Both the position numbers and the translations under genes were made by a program. 64,000 nt of DNA from Deltaproteobacteria bacterium (GTDB taxonomy: Bacteria; Myxococcota_A; Polyangia; HGW-17), in assembly GCA_016937155.1 (NCBI GenBank), contig JAFGWM010000032.1, positions 107,422-171,421 of the forward strand, given 5' to 3'. Positions 10,861 through 21,171 of this stretch are shown one piece after another (position 1 is the stretch's first letter; each line of letters opens with the position of its first letter). The notes beneath the pieces are model-generated. The model was not told the DNA's origin. It saw only the letters and a program-made list of their open reading frames with translations, and ran no database searches.

Positions 10861-11040
10861 TCAGTTATCCTCCTTCCAGATTTTAACCGTTGCATCAATT
10901 TTATCCTTGAAGTTCAATCCCTTTGTCACCATGTTCATAACGGTGGGATGACTTATTAACTTCATTACCCTTGGATCATTTACAACTCTTAAAGCTGCTG
11001 TTAAAAACTTTGATTTTACTTGTGAAAAATCCATATCCAT
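10861..11040 (-). CDS. Small hypothetical protein, 59 aa (MDMDFSQVKSKFLTAALRVVNDPRVMKLISHPTVMNMVTKGLNFKDKIDATVKIWKEDN)
   Basis: Below the ORF-track length cutoff; AGGAG RBS upstream of ATG 11040; fills the intergenic gap and ends at TGA 10863-10861. Confidence 0.65.
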   Translation of the reverse strand: MDMDFSQVKSKFLTAALRVVNDPRVMKLISHPTVMNMVTKGLNFKDKIDATVKIWKEDN

Positions 11041-11199
11041 ATCAGATCTCCTGCCACTTTATGGAAATTTTTTCCAAAATTCAGTTCAGATTCAGTAAAA
11101 TTAAGAATGGAAAACCTGTTAGTTTACAGGTGGTGTCCATAAATAAGGGATAATGTACCCATGTTTTTTTCTTAAATCCACCAAAATGATTACTTTTAT

Positions 11200-11225
11200 G
11201 GAATAACATTGAGTAGACATCAGTT
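11200..11225 (+). promoter_or_regulatory. Putative ECF sigma (SigR/SigH-type) autoregulatory promoter GGAAT-N18-GTT
   Basis: GGAAT (11200-11204), 18 nt spacer, GTT (11223-11225), about 70 nt upstream of the ECF sigma start; matches the known SigR/SigH consensus. Confidence 0.55.
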
Positions 11226-11294
11226 ATGGGTATTATCAGTTGGTTTTGTGCGTTATCAACTGTTCAGATTTATTTTCACCGGGGAGGTGATGTT

Positions 11295-11870
11295 TTGTTT
11301 GGCTGGAATAAAAAAGACAAATCAAGAGAGTTTGAGGAGTTGGCTATACCTGTTATGGACAGTCTTTATGGTACTGCTCTGAAGCTTACAAGAGATTCTG
11401 ATTCTGCTCAGGATCTTGTTCAGGATGCTTATCTGAAAGCTTTTAAATATTTTGATACCTTTGAAACAGGAACAAACTTTAAAGCATGGATGTTCCGAAT
11501 AATGACCCGGGTTTTTTATGATGCCTATAGAGAGAAAAAAAGGCGTGATTCCATGTATTTTCCTATAGATGAGGAAAGGCCTGTACGAGGATATGAGGAG
11601 GATGAAACTTCAGGAGAACGGAAAGTTTTTCTTGGAGAACTGGAAAAAATTATTGATGAACTTCCCCCTGATTTTAAACTTCCGGTGATATTGAGTGACA
11701 TTCATGAGTTCAGTTATCAGGAAATCGCGGATATCATAGGATGTCCGGTGGGTACAGTTATGAGCAGACTTTATAGAGGCAGAAAAAGACTGCGAGAGAT
11801 CCTTACAGAATCTGCTGGTGAAATAAATTCTGATATGGGTAAAGTTATTTCCCTTGGGAGCGTAAAATGA
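11295..11870 (+). CDS. ECF sigma-70 factor (SigH/SigR-like)
   Basis: AQDLVQDAYLKAF, FETGTNFKAWMFRIM and SYQEIADIIGCPVGTVMSRLYRGR. Likely TTG start at 11295 with a GGAGG RBS (track start 11226). Confidence 0.92.
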   Translation: MFGWNKKDKSREFEELAIPVMDSLYGTALKLTRDSDSAQDLVQDAYLKAFKYFDTFETGTNFKAWMFRIMTRVFYDAYREKKRRDSMYFPIDEERPVRGYEEDETSGERKVFLGELEKIIDELPPDFKLPVILSDIHEFSYQEIADIIGCPVGTVMSRLYRGRKRLREILTESAGEINSDMGKVISLGSVK

Positions 11871-12766
11871 ATTGCAGAGAAGCTGAAAAATTGATTGGTC
11901 TTTATCTGGATAATGAGTTTTCAGATGCTGACAGAATTGAAATTGATGAGCATATTTCCAGTTGTTCCAGATGCAAGTCTATTATGGAAGAGGAAACTCA
12001 GTTAAAACAGGCAATTTCTTCAATAAAACTGGAACGGGCTCCAGCAGCACTCAGATCCAGAATTCTTAGATCTCTGGAAGGCCAGAAAAGAAAAATCTGG
12101 GCTTTTACAGGTTTAAAACTAGCCGCATCTCTTGGGGTGGTTGTGTTTTCAATCATTGGGGTTTATTCACTTATCAAACCATCCATATCCAGAGATGAGA
12201 AGATATGTACCTCAACTAAAAATGATTCATTTGTTCTCGCTCAGGCATCTATGGAGAATGATACTATCCGAAGTAACAAGTTTTCCCCCAAATACAGGAA
12301 ATTAAGAAAAAGGGTTATTAATCCGAGACTTATGGAAAATCTTGTTGTCGAACACGTAAGACCTGGTCCGGTTGAAAAAAGAAGTGAGGATCCTGATCAA
12401 CTGGCAGAATGGTATCGTGGAAAAACAGGTCTTTATACTCCTCCTCCGAAATTTGCATCATGGGGAGGTGGCATGGTGGGAGGAAGACTCAGTCAGTTTG
12501 CGGGAAATGATGCCATAAAGTTGATTTATTCAATTCATGGAAGAAGAGTCACTCTTTTTATGTTCAACCCCAGAATGATGCCTGGCATTACAGAGATTAA
12601 ATCGCCTGGTATTATTACCAAACTCGATCTTGATGAAATACTTACTGAAACTCCTGGTGGAAGAACAGTTGCTGTCTTTTCTCATAATGGCACCGGATAT
12701 TCCCTTATTTCTGATCAGGAAAAAGATGTGATAGTTTCCCTCATAAAGTCCATTGCTTCCAAATAG
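11867..12766 (+). CDS. Membrane-anchored zinc-binding anti-sigma factor (zf-HC2/ZAS)
   Basis: MNC...YLD...HISSCSRC (HxxxCxxC), then one hydrophobic helix and a C-terminal domain; 4-bp overlap with the sigma gene. Confidence 0.88.
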   Translation: MNCREAEKLIGLYLDNEFSDADRIEIDEHISSCSRCKSIMEEETQLKQAISSIKLERAPAALRSRILRSLEGQKRKIWAFTGLKLAASLGVVVFSIIGVYSLIKPSISRDEKICTSTKNDSFVLAQASMENDTIRSNKFSPKYRKLRKRVINPRLMENLVVEHVRPGPVEKRSEDPDQLAEWYRGKTGLYTPPPKFASWGGGMVGGRLSQFAGNDAIKLIYSIHGRRVTLFMFNPRMMPGITEIKSPGIITKLDLDEILTETPGGRTVAVFSHNGTGYSLISDQEKDVIVSLIKSIASK

Positions 12767-13029
12767 GCATTTCTGCCGCTTTCAAAGGTTATTCCCTCCA
12801 GAAGTTATTTTCTTTTTCTGTTCACTACTTTTTAGGACTCTGATGTTTTTTAAGTTTACTGATTGTCTGGCACAATAGGATTATACTGTTACGCAAAGGA
12901 TTGCTCTAAAAAAGTTAAAAGTTTTAATTAAAAATTAAGTTTTCAGCCTTGACGCACAAAAGACTGTGATTAGTTTCTCTGTTGTAAATGATTCGGATAT
13001 GCCTTGAGGGCAGTCCTTTGGAGGAAACT

Positions 13030-14910
13030 ATGGGAAAAATTATCGGAATAGATCTTGGAACAACAAACAGTTGTGTATCAATTATGGATGGCAGAGAACC
13101 AAAAGTTATCCCTAATGAAGAAGGTGGCAGAACAACACCCAGTGTTGTTGCTTTTGATGACAAGGGTGAGGTTCTTGTTGGTCAGATCGCCAAGAGACAG
13201 GCAATTACAAATCCGGAAAATACAGTCTACTCAATAAAGAGATTTATGGGTATGCGTTTCAATGAAATACAGAGGGAACTTCCTAAAGTTCCATATGAAG
13301 TTAAAAGTGCATCAAATGGAGATGTCCGGATTTCAATAAGAGATAAGGAATTTGCTCCACCGGAGATAAGTGCACGTATTCTGATGAAATTGAAAAAAGC
13401 TGCTGAAGAATATCTTGGTGAATCCGTAAATGAAGCTGTTATTACAGTTCCGGCATATTTCAACGATTCCCAGAGACAGGCCACAAAGGATGCTGGTAGA
13501 ATAGCAGGGCTTGATGTTAAAAGAATAGTGAATGAGCCTACTGCTGCTGCACTGGCTTATGGTCTGGATAAAGGCAAGGATCAGGTTGTGGCAGTATATG
13601 ATTTCGGTGGTGGTACTTTTGATATCAGTATTCTCGAAATCGGAGAAAATGTTGTTGAAGTAATTTCCACAAATGGAGATACCCACCTTGGTGGTGATGA
13701 TATAGACAGACTGGTTATGGAATGGCTTTTGGATGAATTCAAAAAGGATACCGGTCTTGATGTTTCCAAGGACAAAATGGTGATGCAGCGTCTGAAGGAT
13801 GCTGCCGAAAAAGCAAAAATAGAACTTTCAGGAACACAGGAAACTGAAATTAATCTTCCCTTCCTTACAATGGATGCAACCGGTCCTAAACATCTTCAGA
13901 TTAAACTTAGACGTTCCACCTTTGAACAGCTCATAGGTGATACTGTTGCAAGAACCATTGAACCATGTAAAAAAGCATTGAGTGATGCTAAAAAGAGCAA
14001 AACTCAGATTGATGAGGTTATTCTTGTTGGTGGTTCCACCAGAATACCTCTGGTTCAGGCAAAAGTTAAAGAATATTTTGAAAAAGAACCTCATAGAGGT
14101 GTTAATCCCGATGAAGTTGTAGCGATGGGTGCAGCTGTTCAAGCCGGAGTTTTAAGTGGTGAGGTGAAGGATATTCTTCTTCTTGATGTTACTCCCCTCA
14201 GTTTGGGTATCGAAACACTGGGTGGGGTAATGACAGTTCTTATCCCTCGAAATACAACGATTCCTGCAAAGAAGAGTGAGGTTTTTTCAACTGCCAGTGA
14301 TTCCCAGACAAGTGTGGAAGTTCACGTAATGCAGGGTGAAAGACCCATGGCAAAGGATAACAGAACTCTGGGAAAATTTAACCTTGATGGAATTCCTCCA
14401 GCACCAAGAGGTGTTCCCCAGATTGAAGTTACTTTTGACATAGATGCAAATGGTATTCTGAATGTCAGTGCTATGGATAAGGCCACAAACAGAAAGCAGC
14501 ACATCACAATAACCGCTTCCAGTGGATTGAGTGATGCTGAAATTGAAAACATGGTTAAGGATGCTGAGGCAAATGCATCTGAAGATGAAAAACGTCGTGA
14601 ACTGATTGATAAGCGCAATAAACTGGAAAATCTTATTTTTAGTCTTGAAAAACTTATCAAGGAAAGTGGCGACAAGATTCCTGAGGCAGAGAAGGCTAAC
14701 GTTGAAACTGAAATGAAAAATGCTAGAGAGGTAATGGATAGTGATGATATCCAGAAACTTGATGAAGCATTTGAAAAACTTAACACTGCTGCTCAGAACA
14801 TGTCAAAAACTATGTATGAAAATGTACCTGGAGCAGATCCTTCTGCCTCTTCAGGTTCTTCCAATCCTCCCAAGGATGATGTTATTGATGCTGAGTTTGA
14901 AGAAGAATAG
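13030..14910 (+). CDS. dnaK: Chaperone DnaK (Hsp70)
   Basis: [38 protein letters not shown] and [11 protein letters not shown]; ends [13 protein letters not shown] 13030 after GGAGG. Confidence 0.99.
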   Translation: MGKIIGIDLGTTNSCVSIMDGREPKVIPNEEGGRTTPSVVAFDDKGEVLVGQIAKRQAITNPENTVYSIKRFMGMRFNEIQRELPKVPYEVKSASNGDVRISIRDKEFAPPEISARILMKLKKAAEEYLGESVNEAVITVPAYFNDSQRQATKDAGRIAGLDVKRIVNEPTAAALAYGLDKGKDQVVAVYDFGGGTFDISILEIGENVVEVISTNGDTHLGGDDIDRLVMEWLLDEFKKDTGLDVSKDKMVMQRLKDAAEKAKIELSGTQETEINLPFLTMDATGPKHLQIKLRRSTFEQLIGDTVARTIEPCKKALSDAKKSKTQIDEVILVGGSTRIPLVQAKVKEYFEKEPHRGVNPDEVVAMGAAVQAGVLSGEVKDILLLDVTPLSLGIETLGGVMTVLIPRNTTIPAKKSEVFSTASDSQTSVEVHVMQGERPMAKDNRTLGKFNLDGIPPAPRGVPQIEVTFDIDANGILNVSAMDKATNRKQHITITASSGLSDAEIENMVKDAEANASEDEKRRELIDKRNKLENLIFSLEKLIKESGDKIPEAEKANVETEMKNAREVMDSDDIQKLDEAFEKLNTAAQNMSKTMYENVPGADPSASSGSSNPPKDDVIDAEFEEE

Positions 14911-15042
14911 AACCAGCCACTTCAACTACCCTCTTTTTTCCTGATATTAAAAAAAATAAGAAAAATAATTCACTTCCTTTGTAAAAATCGATTTTTCGGG
15001 TAAGAATCATAGAACTGTGATTTATCAACCTGGAGGTAACTG

Positions 15043-17454
15043 ATGTCTGTAAGAATAACACCACTGATTTTGACTTTGTTACTGATTTTCAACGGGTGTG
15101 ATGATAGTTCTTCATCAAACAACTCGTTCAATAACAGCAATAATGGAACCAATAATATTGCGATAAATAACCATACAAATCCTCACTGTACTGAGGTTAC
15201 AAATACGCAGTGTAATCCCCTGCTGGATGATGATGGTGACTCAATATCCAATGGTCATGAAGGCTGTGAGTGTTCTCTTGATACAGATAATGATGGAGTT
15301 GCAGATTACCTTGATCAGGATAGTGACAATGATGGAGTTCCTGATGTTATTGAATCTGGTGATGGTGATATCAATACCGATCCTGTGGATACAGATGGTG
15401 ATGGAACACCGGATTATCTTGATCGCGACAGTGATAATGATGGAGTAATTGATGGTGAGGAAGATCGTAACGGTGACGGTAAACTGGGGGAATGTGAAGA
15501 TAACCCTCTGGTTTGCAGTGGAACCTGTGCAGATCCGGAATCTGTATGTCATGAGGAAAAAGGAATTTGCATCAATGCACAATGCCTTCAAGGTGAGACA
15601 GATCCTCATATTCAGGATACAGATGCTGATGGTATTCTGGATGGAATGGAAAGTACGTTTATCTGTAATACTGGCAGTGAAACAACAGGTGGACGCAAGT
15701 TGGTATCTTATAAAAAACATTCTTTGAACCTCTTCCAGATTGCAACAGAACTTGATAGTACCTTTACTGAAATGAATCCTTCAAATGCCGCCGGGATAGA
15801 AGGTGCTGCCGGTTTTGATCTCACTGATGCAGAAAATGCTTTTGCCGGTTTTGTTGTTTCCAGAGAACCTTCAGACAGTAATATTTATCTGGAAGTTCAG
15901 GATATAATTACAGCTCTTGGAACACTGGGTACAGTCCGTTCTATTGCTACTGGAAATGTGAATTACAGTCATACAGGTCTTGAGCAGGTGGTAAATGTTA
16001 TTGTCAGTCTTGAAATAAGTCCTGCTTCCAATCAGGGTATTCTTCGAAACAGGATAATAGCACTGCTTTTAGGAAGAGATCTTTCTGAATTTCCAAATAC
16101 AATAAATAGCCCCTTTGGAACCGACAGTACCAATAACATTATTTCATTCATGGTTCAGCGTACAAATTCAAGCCAGAGTGTTGTCATGGGTGGTGTTGCA
16201 TCCAGGTCAGACTGGGAGTCCAGAGACAATGTCAATTTCCATCTTGCTGACAGTGCTGGGGGAATGTGTCTAGCCTCTTCTTCTGATACTGTTGAAAATG
16301 AATGTGAACAGTATCTGGCGGAAGAAGCAACTGTTGATATTGTTTGGGTTATTGATGCCAGTGGTTCGATGAGTGATAATCAGTCAAAGCTTTCTTCAGC
16401 TTCCAATACATTTCTTACAGTTGCTTCACAGTATAATCTCCACTGGAGAATGTGTGTTGTTGATATGACTGAGGGAAATCCAGGAGACTGCTGCACTGGA
16501 ACTAATGAAACTGGAAACAGATGGCTTAGTAGTGGTGTGTCAGGTGATGATGAAAGATTCAGAGAGTGTCTGATGGATCCGGCTGGGTCAAACAGCAGCG
16601 ACGGTGGAATTGAAATGGGACTCTCGCAAATGCAGGATGCTGTGCAGAGTCACATGCCTCCAACACAGGATAGTGATGTTTATTACAGACCATCGGCTGC
16701 AAGAACAGTGGTTTTCATGTCCGATGAAAATGCAAATGAAGTTGATCAGCATGATATGTGTCCCGATACTCCGGGAGCTTCTGATTGCCACTATTTCTCC
16801 GGTTGTTTTGAAAGTGACATGATGGGTTGTATGAATGTTCTTACTGATACTGCAACTATGCTCCAGTGTCAGGGTTATTCCGATATGTGGAATCACAGTG
16901 AATGTGATGAAGTATACTACTGCATGGGTGCCACAAATGATGAAGCATGGGATCCTGTTGTATGTGATCCTCTTGTAAATCCTTATATACAGTTTGCTCA
17001 GGATAATGAACTTATAGCTTATGGTCTTCATGTTCTGCAGACTGATGACAATGATGCATGCAGCGATAATCCCGAAGATTCCAGTGGCTTTTCACCGCCA
17101 TATGGTTATCAGCAGGTTATTAATGCCACAGGAGGAATTCTGTCTTCACTTTGTCAGAATGATCTTACAACTACTATGCAGCTTATGATTGAAGATATGG
17201 CTGGAGCAGCAAGTCCTATTATTCTTCAGCACAGACCTATTCCTATTTCTTTGGCTGTGGCAATAGAAAGAAAGAATGCTGCTGATCCTCTTGATACCAG
17301 TTATGATGCTATTCCACGTTCGAGATCAAATGGTTTTGACTATAAGGCTTCTTCAAACAGGATAGTTCTGGTTTCACAACCGATGGATTATCCTCCATAT
17401 GAAGTGGTGGTAAGCTATACAAGATGGGTTACCTCCTACGCTCCACCAGACTAG
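15043..17454 (+). CDS. Cys-rich lipoprotein with DxDxDG Ca-binding (TSP3-like) repeats and a vWA domain; resembles myxobacterial CglD
   Basis: Lipobox LIFNG-C; Asn/Ser linker; repeated DTDNDG/DSDNDG/DTDGDG; v[15 protein letters not shown]...FMSDE; C-terminus PIPISLAVA...RSRSNGFDY...VVSYTRW. Confidence 0.7.
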   Translation: MSVRITPLILTLLLIFNGCDDSSSSNNSFNNSNNGTNNIAINNHTNPHCTEVTNTQCNPLLDDDGDSISNGHEGCECSLDTDNDGVADYLDQDSDNDGVPDVIESGDGDINTDPVDTDGDGTPDYLDRDSDNDGVIDGEEDRNGDGKLGECEDNPLVCSGTCADPESVCHEEKGICINAQCLQGETDPHIQDTDADGILDGMESTFICNTGSETTGGRKLVSYKKHSLNLFQIATELDSTFTEMNPSNAAGIEGAAGFDLTDAENAFAGFVVSREPSDSNIYLEVQDIITALGTLGTVRSIATGNVNYSHTGLEQVVNVIVSLEISPASNQGILRNRIIALLLGRDLSEFPNTINSPFGTDSTNNIISFMVQRTNSSQSVVMGGVASRSDWESRDNVNFHLADSAGGMCLASSSDTVENECEQYLAEEATVDIVWVIDASGSMSDNQSKLSSASNTFLTVASQYNLHWRMCVVDMTEGNPGDCCTGTNETGNRWLSSGVSGDDERFRECLMDPAGSNSSDGGIEMGLSQMQDAVQSHMPPTQDSDVYYRPSAARTVVFMSDENANEVDQHDMCPDTPGASDCHYFSGCFESDMMGCMNVLTDTATMLQCQGYSDMWNHSECDEVYYCMGATNDEAWDPVVCDPLVNPYIQFAQDNELIAYGLHVLQTDDNDACSDNPEDSSGFSPPYGYQQVINATGGILSSLCQNDLTTTMQLMIEDMAGAASPIILQHRPIPISLAVAIERKNAADPLDTSYDAIPRSRSNGFDYKASSNRIVLVSQPMDYPPYEVVVSYTRWVTSYAPPD

Positions 17455-17522
17455 AATCAGAGTTTTTTTCTGCCCCTTTTTTTCCCCATTATTGAAATCA
17501 ATAAAAATAATTAATCTTACAG

Positions 17523-17699
17523 CTATTTTTCAGGAGAAGGATCTGTTTCCACAGCTGGAGCTTTTTCAGGCCAGAATACCTGTATTGTTATGCTTATGAA
17601 AATCCAGAAAGCAAAAGCAGCACTGAGCCCATAAATTATATATTTCACAAGCTTCCTGTAAAATGAAAAATCCTCTTGAGTATTCAGTTCTTCAGCCAT
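17523..17699 (-). CDS. Small single-TM protein, 58 aa (MAEELNTQEDFSFYRKLVKYIIYGLSAAFAFWIFISITIQVFWPEKAPAVETDPSPEK)
   Basis: Translated by hand; below the ORF cutoff; one clear hydrophobic segment preceded by basic residues; occupies an otherwise empty gap. Confidence 0.55.
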   Translation of the reverse strand: MAEELNTQEDFSFYRKLVKYIIYGLSAAFAFWIFISITIQVFWPEKAPAVETDPSPEK

Positions 17700-17804
17700 A
17701 ATTCATGTTCCCTGAACGTGGTTAAAACTCTGAAAACATATCCTACACTGCTTTTTTTTCAATATAAACTGAAACAGAAATAAAAAATTGAAGAAAATAT
17801 CAGT

Positions 17805-19727
17805 ATGAGTGGAATTTTATCCTATCTAATTCTTGCGGCAATCGGGGGTTTTTATTTCAGTATCTGCTACATCAGTGCACTGTTTTTACTTCCGGCATTT
17901 ATATTTATAAAAAGACACTCTGGTAAACTACTTGTAATCCTGGGATTTTTAGTGGGATTTTCATTTTTTCATCTGTGGTGGTGGCACCTTGAAGTATTTG
18001 AACAATCAAATGCTGTAATTCTCCGTTGCAGTAAGGATAAAAATAAACTTACTGCAATCACCAGAACAGGTATCAAAACTTTTAAGGCTGACTTTTGTAT
18101 TTCATCTATGATGAAAGTAAATCTGAGTAATTCCGTTGATTATAAAAACGTATATCATCATAAATCCAGAGTTCATCCTGTGAAATCCATGTATACGGGT
18201 CAACGACCATTTCTGAGAACTGAACTGATGTTCCGTAGACTTGGGCTTTCTCATGTTTTCGCTGTAAGTGGTTTACATGTGGGTGTTCTCAGTGCACTTG
18301 CGATGCTTGTATCAGGACTGATTTTTAATATTTTAAATAAAATTAAAAGATTTCAGAAAAAAACTATAACAGTTGTTACTGTTCTACCCCTGATTTGGAT
18401 ATATGTATTTTACACCGGAAAGGCATGGGGAAGTATTCGTGCCGGGATAATGAGTAGCCTTTTTATTATCTTTAAAAAATCATTAGGATATGGAACAATC
18501 GGAGAGTTTTATTTTGTTGCACTTGGGACGGTATTTTTTATTTCTCCGTGGTCATTGATGCTTCCAGGGGTTCAACTGAGTTTTGCAGCAGTTGGTATTA
18601 TTATCCTTGTTATGGGTGTCAGTGGTGATAACAAAATGAAATATTTACTTGTCTGCTCAGGAGCCAGTATTACAAGTACACTTATTGTATTCGTTCATTT
18701 CAACACTGTTTCACCAATGTCTCTTTGGGTAAATATTGTATTTTTACCTGTTTTCACAGCAGTGTTTATTCCAGTTTCCATTGTTCTTGCACCATTTTCA
18801 TACTGGCTTCCTCTTCCCATGGAATTACTGAAAGCTTTTTATAATCAGTTTGAAAAAATACCTAACTGGATATTATGGAAAACAGAAAATATATCAATGG
18901 ATTATGGTTTTTTGCTATGGTTGTTTTCAGTGGTTTCTGTATCAATATCTTCATGTTTTAGAGGTGTGATAAGAATCAGGTTACTGGTAATTTCATTTCT
19001 TGCTTTTGTGGTGATAGCAATAAACTTGTCAAATGGGAAAAATGAAGAGACGCTTATTACTTTTTATGCGTCAAACCATGGAGAATCAATACTTTTAAAA
19101 AGAGGAAACATCAGTCTTTTGATTGATCCCGGAAATAAAAAAGCCGGTTATGATCTCATGCAAAAAGGAGTAACTACTCTTGATGCAGTATTTATAACCC
19201 ATTATCACAGTGATCATTATCGTGATTTTCTATGGTATTGCCAAAATTTTTATATAAAGAATGTTTTTGATAACGGTGAACTGGATGACAGGGAAAATAT
19301 ACGAAAAGAATGTCCTTCGGTTAATTTCAGGCATGGAAATGGTTTTCTGAAATTTGGCAGAATCTCTATAGAGGCGTTTTCTCCGGTTTCTAAAAATTCC
19401 TATAGTAGCTCACTGTTTTCAACAAACAATTCTTCTATGGTTTTATTGATTAGAGTAACAGACAAAACAATTCTTCTAATGGGTGACATAAAAATTGAAG
19501 GTGAAGGTGAGTTCTTAAAAATTTACCCGGAATTAAAGGTTGACCTTCTGAAATCAGGTCATCACGGAAGAAAAAGTTCACTGGGCAGGGTATTCAGAAA
19601 TAGAGTAAAATGGAAAACTAGGGTGATACTGAACAATCCCGATAAACCTCAGGGAATACAGCAGGAAAAGACTAAAGAAGGAATGGATATATTTATAAAA
19701 AGAGACAAATTATTGTTTAGAATGTGA
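17805..19727 (+). CDS. comEC: ComEC/Rec2 DNA-uptake membrane protein with a C-terminal metallo-beta-lactamase domain
   Basis: GLSHVFAVSGLHVG, IRAGIM, QLSFAAV, multiple TMs; then IDPG, THYHSDH, NNSSMVL, LLMGD and SGHHG. Confidence 0.85.
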   Translation: MSGILSYLILAAIGGFYFSICYISALFLLPAFIFIKRHSGKLLVILGFLVGFSFFHLWWWHLEVFEQSNAVILRCSKDKNKLTAITRTGIKTFKADFCISSMMKVNLSNSVDYKNVYHHKSRVHPVKSMYTGQRPFLRTELMFRRLGLSHVFAVSGLHVGVLSALAMLVSGLIFNILNKIKRFQKKTITVVTVLPLIWIYVFYTGKAWGSIRAGIMSSLFIIFKKSLGYGTIGEFYFVALGTVFFISPWSLMLPGVQLSFAAVGIIILVMGVSGDNKMKYLLVCSGASITSTLIVFVHFNTVSPMSLWVNIVFLPVFTAVFIPVSIVLAPFSYWLPLPMELLKAFYNQFEKIPNWILWKTENISMDYGFLLWLFSVVSVSISSCFRGVIRIRLLVISFLAFVVIAINLSNGKNEETLITFYASNHGESILLKRGNISLLIDPGNKKAGYDLMQKGVTTLDAVFITHYHSDHYRDFLWYCQNFYIKNVFDNGELDDRENIRKECPSVNFRHGNGFLKFGRISIEAFSPVSKNSYSSSLFSTNNSSMVLLIRVTDKTILLMGDIKIEGEGEFLKIYPELKVDLLKSGHHGRKSSLGRVFRNRVKWKTRVILNNPDKPQGIQQEKTKEGMDIFIKRDKLLFRM

Positions 19728-19734
19728 GGCAAAT

Positions 19735-21036
19735 ATGTTTTATTTTTTTGGATTATTGAAAATACTCTCATCTGTAATTTCCGGACATGACTATTTTGTA
19801 CATATCCCTGGACTGGATGCTGAACTGCTAAAAAGATCAACCTTTGAAAGTATACAGGTAGTGGATTCTCCATATGAGAATTCTGTAAATGATTTTACAT
19901 CTGTAATTTCCGGAACATCGGAAAACTGTATTTACAGTTCGGTAGTGATTCAAAAAGGAATTAAACGAAAGGATGTAGATTCTAAACCCTGTGTTAAAGG
20001 TAAAAAATACAGTAAATTTAATGTTTGTGGTTTGGGTAAAAATTTTATCAAACATTTTGAAGGAGGAATTTCCCAGTCTTCGCGTTTGAAATATGATGGT
20101 TACATAAAACTGAAAGAAAAGGATCCTCTGGTAATAAAATTCAGGGTAAAGCATGGAGAAAGATCATTAAAAGTAGCTGTGAATCCTTTGGAAAAGGCAG
20201 TAAAACTTAACTTTACATCAAAAATTGAAGTATTGGATGGTTTGGACTGGAGTGAAATCCAAAATCAGGTGTTTGTGGAAAACAGCGGTAAAATGTTCAG
20301 GTTCCATTATGGAGGAAAATTCTTTTATATATATATATACTATATTGAATCAGTTGATAATTTTCATCTTTTCAATATTGCAGTATCTTTTTCGGGGAAA
20401 TGGATTTCTTCCGGTTTTGAAAGATTAAAGCGATTTGATATTTCACAGAAAATATTCTTCAGAAGAAGTATGGAGATAATCAGATTAAAACTTGGATATA
20501 TTTTGAATACTGAATTAAAAAATACCGGATTGTATGTGGGAGAATATGAGTTGATTCTTAAATACTTTCAGCAAAATCCGGAAGAAATAAAATTGCTGCA
20601 GGAAATACAGAACGAACTTGTATCTGAAATTGAAAGATTCAGAAGAGTTATGATATTTAAAGGAAAAAAGTTTTTTTTGGGTGGCAGCAGGATCACTCTT
20701 TCAAATGGAGTTTGTATACCATACCCTGATTTAGAAAACGCCAAAATATCAGTAGTTTTAAAAAATCATAATGAGATTATGATTTACTGTTCAGGAAGTT
20801 GTCCTGCAGATGAATATCTGCAAAGAAATAAAATTGTTGAAATGTATACAAAAAAAATTTCGGAGATAAATGGATTTAAAGTGATTACACCCCCTGGCAT
20901 GTATTTTGGTCAATGTTATGCAAATGGAAAAACAGTTATGTCATGCAGAAAAACAAAAGTTCTCTTTGCAGGAATCGAAGTGCAGCTTCAAAACATTTTT
21001 GAGAGTTATTTTTTGTTCAATCAGAGTATTTACTGA
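19735..21036 (+). CDS. Hypothetical protein
   Basis: 433-aa ORF 7 bp after comEC with a GAGG RBS; no motif recognised. Confidence 0.7.
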   Translation: MFYFFGLLKILSSVISGHDYFVHIPGLDAELLKRSTFESIQVVDSPYENSVNDFTSVISGTSENCIYSSVVIQKGIKRKDVDSKPCVKGKKYSKFNVCGLGKNFIKHFEGGISQSSRLKYDGYIKLKEKDPLVIKFRVKHGERSLKVAVNPLEKAVKLNFTSKIEVLDGLDWSEIQNQVFVENSGKMFRFHYGGKFFYIYIYYIESVDNFHLFNIAVSFSGKWISSGFERLKRFDISQKIFFRRSMEIIRLKLGYILNTELKNTGLYVGEYELILKYFQQNPEEIKLLQEIQNELVSEIERFRRVMIFKGKKFFLGGSRITLSNGVCIPYPDLENAKISVVLKNHNEIMIYCSGSCPADEYLQRNKIVEMYTKKISEINGFKVITPPGMYFGQCYANGKTVMSCRKTKVLFAGIEVQLQNIFESYFLFNQSIY

Positions 21037-21171
21037 TGGTTTAATGGTTTGTGTCATGATACATATTTACTACGGGTTTTATTGTTAAGATTTTAACCTG
21101 TAAAATTTACTCACTTTCAGTTTTTTCCCTGGAATAAATGTGGGAGTTACTGATTCAGAGGGAGATGTTTA

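Noticed and set aside
10861..11040. Small ORF as the acyl carrier protein for the ligase
   Set aside because: No (D/E)S(L/I) phosphopantetheine motif; too short and not acidic.
12868..12885. sigma54 promoter (TGGCAC) upstream of dnaK
   Set aside because: No TTGC element at the required -12 spacing.
15220..15650. CRISPR-like or tandem DNA repeat (GATGGT/GATAAT recurrences)
   Set aside because: These are codons of the DxDxDG peptide repeats inside a gene; there is no constant repeat-spacer structure.
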